Assembly: GCA_947474805.1 (NCBI GenBank)
Contig: CANJKM010000001.1
Span: 1 to 47,410, forward strand
Reading direction: 5' to 3'
Length of the DNA stretch: 47,410 nucleotides
Origin: Caulobacterales bacterium
GTDB taxonomy: Bacteria; Pseudomonadota; Alphaproteobacteria; Caulobacterales; Caulobacteraceae
The number at the start of each line of letters is the position of its first letter. The first letter of the stretch is position 1. Under the pieces are notes generated by a model that saw only the letters and a list, made by a program, of their open reading frames with translations, was not told where the DNA came from and ran no database searches. A program made the translations under genes and the position numbers. Positions 36,502 through 45,867 of this stretch are shown piece after piece.

Positions 36502-37866
36502 TCAGAACGGTTCGGGGGGGGCCTCGACCGCATCGCGCCGCCAATGGGCGACGATGACCGCGCCGCCGGTGCGGGCGTTGCGGAATTGGACCTTGGCCCC
36601 GGTACGCTCCAGCAGGGTCTTGGCGATGAAGAAGCCCAGCCCCATGCCGTGGTGATCCGAGCGCGAGCCCTCGCCGTGGCTTCGGGTGGTGACATAGGGC
36701 TCGCCCAGGCGGGCGATCACCTCGGGCGCGAAACCCGGTCCGTCGTCGCGCACCACGATCGACAGGTCGTTCTCACCATAGTGGGCGGTGACCTCGACGC
36801 TGGCCTCGGCGAAGTCGGCGGCGTTCTCGACGAAGGCCTGCAGGGCGTGCAGCACCTCTGGCAGGCGCTTCACTTCCAGGATCGGGGCTCCAGGGTCGCA
36901 GGTCACCTCGGTGGAGATCAGGACGCCGACGCCGCGGTGGGGTTCGGAGACCTCCTCCAGCAATTGAGACAAGCTCATGCGGGCGTGTTGGGCGTCGGCG
37001 GTGTCGGGTTGACGCGACAGCTTCTTCAGGATGTCGCGGCAGCGTTCGGCCTGGGAGACGAGGAGCTGGAGGTCCTCGGAGATCGGCCCCTCGGGCGCGC
37101 CACGCAGCATCTCCTTAGCCACGACCTGGATGGTGGCGAGCGGGGTTCCCAGCTCGTGGGCGGCGGCGGCGGCGAGGCCGCCCAGGGCCGAGAGTCGCTG
37201 TTCGCGAGCCAGCACCGCCTGGGTCGCGGCCAAGGCCAGCTCCATCCGCGAGGCTTCCGCCGAGGCCTGCCAGGCGTAGGCGGCGGTGAAGACGATGCCG
37301 CAGCTTTCGCCAAGCAGCAGGGCGATGCGGAACTGATAGGGCAGGTCGAAGGCCTCGCCCGGCCTGAAGGGCAGGGGGACGGACCACAGATAGAGGGCGA
37401 GCGAGGCCAGCAAGGCCAGGGCCACCAGCAGCACCGCTTCGCGGAACTGGAGGGTGGCGGCGGCGACCGTGGGGGGGGCCAAGAGGAGCAGTGCGAAGGG
37501 GTTGGCGAGGCCCCCGGTCAGGCCGAGCAGCAGGGAGACCTGCACCAGGTCGAAGCCGAGTTGCACCAGAGCCTCGCGCTTGGCGAAGATGCGGGTTCCG
37601 GGCCAGGCCAGTCCGATGGCGATATTGGCCAGGGCCGCGGCGGCGATGACCAGAAGGCAGGAGACCCAGGGCAGCTCGTAGCCCAGGAGGAAGTGGGTGA
37701 TCAGGACGGCGGTGGTCTGACCCGCGATGGCGGCCCAACGGATCAGCACCAGGGTGCGCAGCCGCAAGCCGCGTCGGGCCTCGGCCCAATCCCACAGCCG
37801 CCCGCCGCCGGGGTCGGCGCCGCCGCCTTGCCAGCCGCTAGGCGCGGTCCTATCGAAGGCGAACAC
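36502..37866 (-). CDS. regB: redox sensor histidine kinase RegB/ActS/PrrB
   Basis: Quinone-site motif GGLANPF, H-box AAAAHELGTPL and a redox Cys in AERCRD. The GTG at 37866 is preceded by AGGAGG. The longer ORF to 38073 would overlap senC. Confidence 0.88.
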   Translation of the reverse strand: MFAFDRTAPSGWQGGGADPGGGRLWDWAEARRGLRLRTLVLIRWAAIAGQTTAVLITHFLLGYELPWVSCLLVIAAAALANIAIGLAWPGTRIFAKREALVQLGFDLVQVSLLLGLTGGLANPFALLLLAPPTVAAATLQFREAVLLVALALLASLALYLWSVPLPFRPGEAFDLPYQFRIALLLGESCGIVFTAAYAWQASAEASRMELALAATQAVLAREQRLSALGGLAAAAAHELGTPLATIQVVAKEMLRGAPEGPISEDLQLLVSQAERCRDILKKLSRQPDTADAQHARMSLSQLLEEVSEPHRGVGVLISTEVTCDPGAPILEVKRLPEVLHALQAFVENAADFAEASVEVTAHYGENDLSIVVRDDGPGFAPEVIARLGEPYVTTRSHGEGSRSDHHGMGLGFFIAKTLLERTGAKVQFRNARTGGAVIVAHWRRDAVEAPPEPF

Positions 37867-37960
37867 GATCAAAGCCTCCTGTGGGGTGGTTTCTGGGTCG
37901 CTGAACCTGAACGGTCCAGGCGGCGCACCGCCTCCACCTGGCGACAATGGATGACCCCGG

Positions 37961-38626
37961 ATGACAAGTGAAGGCAAGCCAGTGAAGGCAGGGCCGACGT
38001 TCCGCTGGCGCCTGGTCCTGACGCAGATTTTGCTGATCTCGGTCGGGGTCGCCGTGATCGCCGGGATCGGCAAGCTGGCCTACAGCCTGTGGCCGGCGCC
38101 GGCAGCGCCGTCTAGTTCGGGCCAGGCGCTGATCGGCGGCCCCTTCCAACTGGTCGATGTCGACGGCAAGCCGGCCGACCAGCGGTTGCTGGAGGGGAAA
38201 TGGACCACGGTCTTCTTCGGCTACAGCTTCTGCCCCGACGTCTGCCCCGCGACCCTGACCACGCTGAACGCCGCCAAGGCCAGGCTCGGGGCCAAGGCCG
38301 ATAAGCTGCAGGTGGTCTTCGTCTCGATCGACCCCCAGCGCGACACCCCGGCCCAGCTGAAGACCTATCTTTCCAGCCCGGCCTTCCCCCAACCCATCGT
38401 CGGGCTGACCGGGACGCCCGAGCAGATCAAGGCCGTGGCCCGCGCCTACAAGGTCTATTACGCCAAGGCCGAGGGGACCAAGGCGGGGGACCGCGACTAT
38501 CTGATGGACCACGCCTCGGCCATCTATTTGATGAATCCCAAAGGCCAGTTCGGCCGGCTAGTCGATCCGCGGCTGTCGCCGGACGATATGGCCAAGGCGA
38601 TCGGCGAGGGGATGGCGGGCCGCTAG
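37961..38626 (+). CDS. senC: SCO family copper chaperone (SenC/PrrC)
   Basis: FFGYSFCPDVCP (CxxxC) motif and an N-terminal membrane anchor. Divergent from regB. Confidence 0.9.
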   Translation: MTSEGKPVKAGPTFRWRLVLTQILLISVGVAVIAGIGKLAYSLWPAPAAPSSSGQALIGGPFQLVDVDGKPADQRLLEGKWTTVFFGYSFCPDVCPATLTTLNAAKARLGAKADKLQVVFVSIDPQRDTPAQLKTYLSSPAFPQPIVGLTGTPEQIKAVARAYKVYYAKAEGTKAGDRDYLMDHASAIYLMNPKGQFGRLVDPRLSPDDMAKAIGEGMAGR

Positions 38627-38657
38627 ACTCGATCGCTAGACTCGGGCCCCGGTTCGT

Positions 38658-38670
38658 GTTGCAGTGCAAC
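38658..38670. promoter_or_regulatory. palindrome GTTGCA-G-TGCAAC upstream of phaZ (candidate operator)
   Basis: Perfect 6-bp arms, read directly, about 76 nt upstream of the phaZ ATG. Contains a TGC-N3-GCA core. Confidence 0.2.
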
Positions 38671-38745
38671 ATGCCGGGCGGGTTATGCGTTCTCTTAACC
38701 CCGGCCGGCTAAGCTCACGCTGAACGCAGGGTCTGAAAGGCCAAA

Positions 38746-40044
38746 ATGCTGTACGCGCTGCAGGACTACACCTACCACGCCGCCACCCCGATGCGGCTCG
38801 CCGCCCTGATGGCGCGAAACGTCTGGGGCGCGCCTGGCAATCCCCTGTCCAAGACCGAATTCGGCCGAACGCTGTTCGCGAGCGCCGACCTTTTCGCCAA
38901 TGTCACGCGGCGCTACGGCAAGCCCGAGTGGCGCATCGACAGCGTCACCATCAACGGCAAGCCGGTGCGGGTGCGCCAGACCACCACCTGGGCCTCGCCC
39001 TGGTGCAAGATGATCCACTTCTCGCGCGACATCGCCGACATGCGCCAAGCTGGCCGCAAGGCGCTGGAGCCGGCGGTGCTGATCGTGGCCCCGCTCTCGG
39101 GCCACTACGCCACCTTGCTCCGCGGTACGGTCGAGACCTTCCTGCAGAACCATGAAGTCTACATCACCGACTGGGTGAACGCCCGCGAGGTGCCCCTGCT
39201 TGAGGGCCGGTTCGACTTCCACGACTTCGTCGACCATGTGAAGGCCATGGTGGGGGTGATCGGCCCGCGCGCGCACGTGGTCGCCGTCTGTCAGCCCGGC
39301 CCGCCCGTGATGGCCGCCGCCGCCCTCCTGGCCGAGGACAAGAGCCCGGACCGCCCGGCCAGCGTCACCCTGATGGGCTCGCCGATCGACGCGCGCCTCG
39401 CCCCGACCGCCGCGAACAACCTGGCGCAGGAGCGCCCCTTCGCTTGGTTCTCCAACAACATGATCCACACCGTCCCGGCGCCCTATGCGGGCGCGCTGCG
39501 ACGGGTCTATCCGGGCTTTGTGCAGCTCTACAGCTTCATGAGCATGAACGCCGACCGCCACCGTCAGGCGCACTGGGCCTATTACGAGGACTTGGTGAAG
39601 GGCGATGGCGACGCCGCTGACAAGCACCTGGAATTCTACGACGAGTATCTCTCGGTCCTGGACCTGACCGAGGAGTTCTACCTGCAGACCATCGACTATG
39701 TGTTCCAGCGCCACCTTTTGCCCAAGGGCGAACTGGTGCATCGGGGCCGCAAGGTCGACCTATCCAAGATCACCGACGTCGCCGTGATGACGGTTGAGGG
39801 CGAGAACGACGACATCTCCGGCGTCGGCCAAACTCAAGCGGTGCATTCGCTGCTGCCCAATCTGCCCGCGCCGCTGCGTGAGCTCTATGTGCAGCCCAAG
39901 GTCGGCCACTACGGCGTCTTCCATGGCCGCCGGTTCGAGAATGAGATCTATCCTCGCATCCGCGATTTCATCGCCCGCGCGGATGTGGCGGTCGAGGCCG
40001 CTCAGCAGGAAAAGCAGCCCGCCAACGCCAACGCTGCGGCTTAA
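38746..40044 (+). CDS. phaZ: intracellular polyhydroxyalkanoate depolymerase
   Basis: 432 aa. The N-terminus MLYALQDYTYHAATPMR and overall pattern are typical of the PhaZ1-type family. From memory, no search run. Confidence 0.82.
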   Translation: MLYALQDYTYHAATPMRLAALMARNVWGAPGNPLSKTEFGRTLFASADLFANVTRRYGKPEWRIDSVTINGKPVRVRQTTTWASPWCKMIHFSRDIADMRQAGRKALEPAVLIVAPLSGHYATLLRGTVETFLQNHEVYITDWVNAREVPLLEGRFDFHDFVDHVKAMVGVIGPRAHVVAVCQPGPPVMAAAALLAEDKSPDRPASVTLMGSPIDARLAPTAANNLAQERPFAWFSNNMIHTVPAPYAGALRRVYPGFVQLYSFMSMNADRHRQAHWAYYEDLVKGDGDAADKHLEFYDEYLSVLDLTEEFYLQTIDYVFQRHLLPKGELVHRGRKVDLSKITDVAVMTVEGENDDISGVGQTQAVHSLLPNLPAPLRELYVQPKVGHYGVFHGRRFENEIYPRIRDFIARADVAVEAAQQEKQPANANAAA

Positions 40045-40078
40045 GCCCGTCTCTCAGCCGGAGTAGGCTGGGAGAATC

Positions 40079-40831
40079 ATGCTGTTCCGTTCCGTATCCG
40101 CGGCTCCTGTCGCCGGCGATCTCGTGGAGATCGCCGGGCGACCTGTGCGGCTGCGCGTGCATGGCGCGGCGCGGCGAGTGTCGATCCGCATCGATCCGGC
40201 CAAGCGCGAGGCCGTCGCCACCGCCCCCTCGGCCCGCCGTCTGCCCGAAGCCCTGGCTTTCGCCCGCACCCGCGCCGACTGGATCGCCCAGCGGCTCGAC
40301 GCCCTGCCTGAAGCCTTGGGGTTCGCACCGGGAGCGGTGCTGTCGGTGCAGGGCGCCCCCATTGTGCTGGAGCGGGCCCGCATGCGGATCGCGCCCAAGC
40401 TCATCCCCGCCACGCCGGAGGAGCCGGCGCGTCTGCTGGCCTATGGCGAGGGCGCCGCCTTCGCCCGGGCGGTCGAACGCGGGCTTAAGGCCGAGGCGCT
40501 GAAGCGGCTGACCGAGCGAACCCTGGTCCATGCGGCGGCGCTTGGCGCGCGGACCCCCTCGGTTGCGGTGATGGACGCACGCGGGCGCTGGGGGTCGTGC
40601 ACCCCGCCGCAGCGGGGCGCGACCGGCCGGATTCGCTACAGCTGGCGGCTGCTGCTCGCGCCCTACAGCGTGCTCGATTACGTCGCCGCCCATGAATGCG
40701 CCCATCTGGTCGAGGCCAACCATGGGCCGCGCTTCTGGGCTCTGGTGAAGACCCTCTACGGCGACCACGCCCCGGCCCGGGCCTGGCTCAAGGCGCACGG
40801 CGTGCGGTTGCACGCTACGGGCGCGGCCTAG
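40079..40831 (+). CDS. M48 family metallopeptidase (YgjP/DUF45-like)
   Basis: HECAHLVEANHGPRFW (HExxH). 250 aa. Confidence 0.85.
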   Translation: MLFRSVSAAPVAGDLVEIAGRPVRLRVHGAARRVSIRIDPAKREAVATAPSARRLPEALAFARTRADWIAQRLDALPEALGFAPGAVLSVQGAPIVLERARMRIAPKLIPATPEEPARLLAYGEGAAFARAVERGLKAEALKRLTERTLVHAAALGARTPSVAVMDARGRWGSCTPPQRGATGRIRYSWRLLLAPYSVLDYVAAHECAHLVEANHGPRFWALVKTLYGDHAPARAWLKAHGVRLHATGAA

Positions 40832-42942
40832 CGGAGAAGATCGCCGATCGGGTCGGCCGAGGCGGGCGGTCGCAGCGCTGTCGGAGCCGCGGCGGCGGTC
40901 GGAGCCTGGGCGGGGGTCGGCGTCGGGGTCGAGCCGGCGTCGAGGGCGGCGTCCTCGGCGATATTGCCGCCGTCGAGCACATCGCCGATCGGGTCGCCAT
41001 AGACCACGCCCGGCGGTGGATTGGGACCGGCCGGGATGGCGGACACCTTCAGCCGCGGCAGGGCCTGGCCCATGAAACCGCGCCAGATCTGGGCCGGCAG
41101 ACCGCCGCCGGTGACCTTGCCGGACATGGCGGTGGCGTCGTCCTTGCCCACCCAGACCACGGCCACGAAGCCGCCGGTGTAACCCGCGAACCAGGCGTCC
41201 TTGTAATCGGAGGTGGTGCCGGTCTTGCCCGCCAGATCGTAGCCAGGAACCCGCGCCCCGGCCCCCGTGCCGCTGGCGATCACCGCCCGCAGCATCTGGT
41301 TCATGTAGGAGAGCGGCGGGTTGCCGAGCACACTCGCGCGGGGCTCGGGCTTGTGCTCATAGAGAAGCTTGCCGTCGGCGGTGCGGATGCGTTCGATGCC
41401 ATAGGCCTGGACCGACTGGCCGCCGTTGGAGAAGGGGGCGTAGGCCTGGGCCATCTCCAGCGGCGAGACCTCGACCGCGCCGAGCGCCATGGAGGGGTCG
41501 GTTCCGATCCGCGAACTGATGCCCATGCGGTGGGCGGTGCGGGCGACATTGTCGCGCCCGACCTCGTCGGCCACCCGAGCGGCGACGGTGTTGATCGACT
41601 GGGCGACAGCGATCTGGATGGTGATCGGGCCCATGTATTTGTTGGTGTAGTTGCGCGGGGTCCAGCCGGCGATGGTCACAGGCTCGTCGACCTCGGGGGT
41701 CTCGGGCGTCCGGCCCGCCTCCATGGCGGTCAGATAGACGAAGGGCTTGAAGGAGGAGCCGGCCTGACGCTTGGCGTCGACCGCGCGGTTGAACTGGCTG
41801 TCGGAATAGTCGAGGCCGCCGATCATGGCGCGGACCCGACCCGCGCTGTCGAGCGCGACCACGGCCGATTGCAGCGTGGCCTTGCCGTTGCGCACCAGGA
41901 CCTGTCTGGCGACCGCCTCGGCCGAGGTGTTGATCGGCAGGTCGAGCGTGGTCTCGACGATCAGATCCTGCTCGGGCTGACCGACCAGGGCGCGCACCTG
42001 GTTGTCGATCCAGTCGACGAAATACTGAGCGTTCTGGCTGGCGATTCGCTTGGACACCTTCACCGGATGGGCGAAGGCCTCGTCGCGCTGGGCGGCGCTG
42101 ATGGCGCGGGTCTCGACCATCTTGTCGAGCACGATGGTGGCCCGGCGGGCGGCGCGCTCTGAATCGGACACCGGGCTGTAGCGCGAGGGGGCCTTCAGCA
42201 GGCCGGCCAGGAGGGCGGCCTCGCCGACGGTCAACTGGGGCGCGGGCTTGTTGAAATAGCGCTGGGCGGCGGCCTCGATGCCGTAGGCGCCGGCCCCGAA
42301 ATTCACCCGGTTGAGATAGAGGGCGAGGATCTGGTCCTTGCTGAATTTCCACTCCAGCCAGACCGAGAGCATCAGCTCCTGGACCTTGCGCTTGTAGTTC
42401 TGGTCGGCGGTCAGGAAGAGGTTCCTGGCCAGCTGCTGGGTGATGGTCGAGCCGCCGCGCAGGGGACCGCCCTTGTGGGTCAGATTGTAGGTGACCGAGC
42501 GGACGATGCCGAAGGGGTCGAAGCCGAAGTGGTGGTAGAAGCGCCGATCCTCGATCGAAACGAAGGCGGCCGGCACATAGGGCGGCAGTTTCGATAGGTC
42601 GACCGGCGGCGCGTACTGGCTGCCGCGCGAGGCGATCAGGGCGCCCGAGCGATCCAGATAGGCGATCGAGGGCTGGCGCTGGATCTCATAGAGTTTGTAG
42701 GTGTCAGGCAGGCCGCGAGCGAACACCGCCAGGAAGGCGATCAGGAAGATCAGGCCCCAGAGGCCGACGACCGTTGTCCAGTAGAAGAGGGCCTTCCAGC
42801 CGGTGCGGCTTCCGATGCGGAAACCGCCGCCGCCGCCGCCGCCAGGGCGACCGCCACCACCGCCCCCAGGACGGCCGCCGCCGGATTGTCCGCCGCCTGA
42901 GCCACCGCCGCCTTGGGGCCTAGGGCGCTCGGCGTTCGCCAT
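40828..42942 (-). CDS. penicillin-binding protein 1A (bifunctional glycosyltransferase/transpeptidase)
   Basis: GT51 motifs EDRRFYHH and GGSTITQQ, and transpeptidase motifs SSFKP and KTGTT. ATG at 42942 chosen. Gly-rich N-terminal tail. Confidence 0.92.
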   Translation of the reverse strand: MANAERPRPQGGGGSGGGQSGGGRPGGGGGGRPGGGGGGGFRIGSRTGWKALFYWTTVVGLWGLIFLIAFLAVFARGLPDTYKLYEIQRQPSIAYLDRSGALIASRGSQYAPPVDLSKLPPYVPAAFVSIEDRRFYHHFGFDPFGIVRSVTYNLTHKGGPLRGGSTITQQLARNLFLTADQNYKRKVQELMLSVWLEWKFSKDQILALYLNRVNFGAGAYGIEAAAQRYFNKPAPQLTVGEAALLAGLLKAPSRYSPVSDSERAARRATIVLDKMVETRAISAAQRDEAFAHPVKVSKRIASQNAQYFVDWIDNQVRALVGQPEQDLIVETTLDLPINTSAEAVARQVLVRNGKATLQSAVVALDSAGRVRAMIGGLDYSDSQFNRAVDAKRQAGSSFKPFVYLTAMEAGRTPETPEVDEPVTIAGWTPRNYTNKYMGPITIQIAVAQSINTVAARVADEVGRDNVARTAHRMGISSRIGTDPSMALGAVEVSPLEMAQAYAPFSNGGQSVQAYGIERIRTADGKLLYEHKPEPRASVLGNPPLSYMNQMLRAVIASGTGAGARVPGYDLAGKTGTTSDYKDAWFAGYTGGFVAVVWVGKDDATAMSGKVTGGGLPAQIWRGFMGQALPRLKVSAIPAGPNPPPGVVYGDPIGDVLDGGNIAEDAALDAGSTPTPTPAQAPTAAAAPTALRPPASADPIGDLLR

Positions 42943-43123
42943 CTCGTCAACTCCAGCGCAAATCGGCCCTGCGGCTGTGTAGCGCAAGCCGCGTTGCGCC
43001 GCGAGTATCCGAAACCGTGGCCGTTGTCACACAAGCCTGTGGCCTTGAAATGACGCGACAAACCGTCACGCCGCAGTGCGGTAAGTCGGGCTTCACCTTT
43101 GGCTCTTATGGTCTACCCAGGAC

Positions 43124-43669
43124 ATGTCGGGCTCGAAAGAGTCGCTCGGAAGCCTCCGGATGCGTAATCAACTGACGGCAGCCCTCTTCGCCGCCGCCCT
43201 GGCCAGCATCAGCTTCACGACAACTGCTCACGCCGAAACGGCCTGGCAGTGCGCCCCCTTCGCCCGCTTCTTCTCCGGCATCAAGATCTTCGGCGACGCC
43301 TGGACCTGGTGGGAACAGGCCTCGGGCAAATACGCCAAGGACCACACGCCCGACTCCGGCGCAGTGCTGGTGTTCAAGCCCTATGGCGCGATGAAGAGCG
43401 GCCACGTCGCCGTGGTCAGTCAGGTGCTGACCGACCGGATCATCCAGGTCACCCACGCCAACTGGGGCGGGGCGCGCGGCAAGGTCGAGAATGATGTGAC
43501 CGTGGTCGACGTATCGCCGCAGGGCGACTGGAGCCAAGTGAAGGTCTGGTACGATCCTTCGGGCGATCTGGGCCGAACCACCTATCCGACCTTCGGCTTC
43601 ATCCACGCCGCCGCCCAGCAGATGGCCGAAAGTGCGACCAGCGCCATGGCTGGCGTCAAGGCGCGCTAG
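43124..43669 (+). CDS. CHAP domain-containing secreted protein
   Basis: Signal peptide, catalytic Cys (WQCAPFARF) and His (SGHVAVV). An alternative ATG lies at 43160. Confidence 0.8.
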   Translation: MSGSKESLGSLRMRNQLTAALFAAALASISFTTTAHAETAWQCAPFARFFSGIKIFGDAWTWWEQASGKYAKDHTPDSGAVLVFKPYGAMKSGHVAVVSQVLTDRIIQVTHANWGGARGKVENDVTVVDVSPQGDWSQVKVWYDPSGDLGRTTYPTFGFIHAAAQQMAESATSAMAGVKAR

Positions 43670-45407
43670 GCTTCAAGCCAAATCGTTTTGGGTCGACCAG
43701 AGCCGCGAGTTCGCGCGCGAGCGGTCGCGGCCGCCCCATCGCCTGGGCGGCCACCTCTTCGGCCAGAAGGGGCGCGAAGCTGAAGCCGCGCCCGCCTAGA
43801 CCGCCTAGAACATAGACGCCGTCGCCCAGCGCTCCGGCGACCGGCAGCCGGTCGGGGGTCGTGGCGCGGATCGAGGCGCGGCTCATCAGGGGCCTGCCCT
43901 CAAGCCGGGCGGCCAGGGCCGGGCGGGCCTTCTTCAGGCTTTCGAGGTTGCGCGCGTCGTCCTCGGACGAGGTCTCCGCATCGGTGCGGCCCCGGTCGTG
44001 GGTGGCTCCGAACAGGACGCCGGGGTTCAGGGGAACAGCGTAGCCGCCCCAGCCGGCGGCGAGGCCGGCCTCCGGCTCCGGGGTCCAGCTGGCCTGGCCC
44101 CGTACGGGCTCCAACGGCAGATCGACGACGCCGGCGATCTCCCAGCCGGCGGCGAGGCAGACGGCGTCGAAACGGCCCAGCTCGGTCCCCGCCTCGTCGA
44201 TCAGCGCCCAGCCGCCCCCGCGCCGCTCCAGGGCGTCGACCCTGGGGCCGATCAGCGCCTTGGCCAGCCAGGTCTCAAGCACCACCGGGGGGGCGACCGT
44301 CAGGGCGTCACGTTCGAACAGGCCCGCGGCAGCCTTGGCTTCCCCGAGCCAGGCGGCGGCGTCATCCGGGCCAATGGGGGCAAGGGCGCCGGGGTCGAAC
44401 CCGTCCCAATCGGCCAGGGTCTGGAAGCGCGCCCGGTCGCGGGGCTGGCGCTCCAGTTCCAAGCCCCCTTCGGCGATAACGGCCTCGGGGATCTGTCGGT
44501 AGAGGGAGGCCGCGCGGGCGTGGGCGTGGGCCGACAACCGGGCCACCGGGCCGCCGCCGGCGTCCAGGCGCGGCGCGACCAGGGCGGCTGGATTGCCCGA
44601 GGCGCCGGCTCGGGACGCAAACAGGTCGGGCTCGACGCCGAGGCGGCGGAAGGCGCGAATGAGGGATGCGCCGGCGATCCCGGCGCCGATCACGGCCACG
44701 CGGGGAACCTGAAGCTTGACGGGCTCGCCGGGCAGGCGCGCTTCCAGCCGCTCGCGCTTCCTGCCGTGGCCGGGACGTTTCTCGATCTCGAAGCCGCCGG
44801 CCGTGAGCGCGCGGCGCACCGCGCCGGCGACGGTGAAGGTGGCCGCTCTGGCGCCGGGGGCCGATCGGGCCGCGACCAGGGCCAGGAGCTCCTCGCTCCA
44901 CATCTGCGGGTTCTTGGCCGGGGCGAAGCCGTCGAGGAACCAGGCGTCGGCGGCGCCGCTCCAGCCGGTCAGGGCCTCGGTCGCCTCGCCGACGATCAGG
45001 TCGAGGGTCACGTCATGGGGTAACTCGATTCGGTGCAGGCCCCGACGCCCGAGCGGCCACTCGGCCAGGAGCGGCTCGGCGATGGCGGCGAGCTCGGGCC
45101 AGACGAAAAGGGCGCGCACGGCGTCCTCGCGCGACATGGGATAGGCTTCGACGGAGAAGACGTTCAGCCGGGCGCCCGGTTCGCGGGTGCGGCTCCAGAG
45201 CTCGACCAGGGCCAGGATGTTGAGGCCGGTTCCGAATCCCAGTTCGGCCACCGTGAAGCTGATTCGGCCTTTCCAGGCCTCGGGCAGGCCGCAGCCCACG
45301 AGGAAGACGGCGCGGGTCTCGTCCAACCCTTCGCCGGGCTGGAAATAGACATCGCCGAATCGCGCCGAGCGGGGCGCGCCTTCAACCCATTCGAGCGGCT
45401 CGGTCAT
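43656..45407 (-). CDS. mnmC: bifunctional tRNA mnm5s2U34 methyltransferase / FAD-dependent cmnm5s2U34 oxidoreductase MnmC
   Basis: N-terminal methyltransferase domain (FGDVYFQ, ELGFGTGLN) plus an FAD DAO domain (VAVIGAGIAG). 583 aa. Confidence 0.9.
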   Translation of the reverse strand: MTEPLEWVEGAPRSARFGDVYFQPGEGLDETRAVFLVGCGLPEAWKGRISFTVAELGFGTGLNILALVELWSRTREPGARLNVFSVEAYPMSREDAVRALFVWPELAAIAEPLLAEWPLGRRGLHRIELPHDVTLDLIVGEATEALTGWSGAADAWFLDGFAPAKNPQMWSEELLALVAARSAPGARAATFTVAGAVRRALTAGGFEIEKRPGHGRKRERLEARLPGEPVKLQVPRVAVIGAGIAGASLIRAFRRLGVEPDLFASRAGASGNPAALVAPRLDAGGGPVARLSAHAHARAASLYRQIPEAVIAEGGLELERQPRDRARFQTLADWDGFDPGALAPIGPDDAAAWLGEAKAAAGLFERDALTVAPPVVLETWLAKALIGPRVDALERRGGGWALIDEAGTELGRFDAVCLAAGWEIAGVVDLPLEPVRGQASWTPEPEAGLAAGWGGYAVPLNPGVLFGATHDRGRTDAETSSEDDARNLESLKKARPALAARLEGRPLMSRASIRATTPDRLPVAGALGDGVYVLGGLGGRGFSFAPLLAEEVAAQAMGRPRPLARELAALVDPKRFGLKPSAP

Positions 45408-45483
45408 GGGATGGGTTTAAGGCGCCTATGGCGATTCAAGAATGGGTCCCAGCCTTCGCCGGGACGCCCGAAGTCGGGCGGAA

Positions 45484-45513
45484 TCAAAAAGGGCCGCCCA
45501 CGAGGGGCGGCCC
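45484..45513 (-). terminator. intrinsic terminator of mini-lipoprotein gene A
   Basis: The minus-strand RNA reads GGGCCGCCC-cucgu-GGGCGGCCC followed by UUUUUGAUU. Confidence 0.7.
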
Positions 45514-45538
45514 TTCCCGAAGTCTATGACTTGGAAGC

Positions 45539-45739
45539 TTACGGCGCGACGGCGTTGGTCACGGCGTTGGCGTCGGCGGCGTTGGCGTCGGCCGGAACGG
45601 CGTTGGCGTCGGCCGGGGCCACTTCAACCACGTTGGTGGTTTCGGTCACGTTGTTGACGGCTTCTTCCTTCTTGGCGCAGGCACCGAGGGTCAGGGCCGA
45701 AGCGATCGAAGCGGCGACGAGGATCTTGGTGAAGGTCAT
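45539..45739 (-). CDS. small lipoprotein (66 aa) with ADANA repeats, paralog A
   Basis: Signal peptide plus lipobox LTLGAC. SD AAGGGA. Has its own terminator. Contains three copies of the 15-nt unit ggcgttggcgtcggc. Confidence 0.6.
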   Translation of the reverse strand: MTFTKILVAASIASALTLGACAKKEEAVNNVTETTNVVEVAPADANAVPADANAADANAVTNAVAP

Positions 45740-45825
45740 TGGATGAGTCCCTTGGAGGTTGGAGGCAGGTACGCGTCTATCACTGATCCGTGATCATAGA
45801 CAGATATCCCGCGATGCAAAAGGCC

Positions 45826-45855
45826 CGCCAGTGATGGCGGGCCTTCCGAATTTCA
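45826..45855 (-). terminator. terminator-like hairpin of mini-lipoprotein gene B
   Basis: The minus-strand RNA reads (AA)GGCCCGCC-aucacu-GGCGGGCC followed by UUUUGC. Confidence 0.55.
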
Positions 45856-45867
45856 GCCGCGGGCCCC

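Noticed and set aside
36487-37971. 494-aa plus-strand ORF antisense to regB
   Set aside because: The regB frame contains GGLANPF, the H-box and the HATPase motifs. The antisense translation is G/D/Q/A-rich with no motif.
36502-38073. 523-aa version of the regB ORF
   Set aside because: It would overlap the divergent senC start by more than 100 nt. The GTG at 37866 has an AGGAGG SD and gives a RegB of typical length.
40696-42162. 488-aa plus-strand ORF antisense to PBP1A (and the 331-aa alternate minus frame at 41357-42352)
   Set aside because: The PBP1A frame carries all the GT51 and transpeptidase motifs. The others are shadow ORFs.
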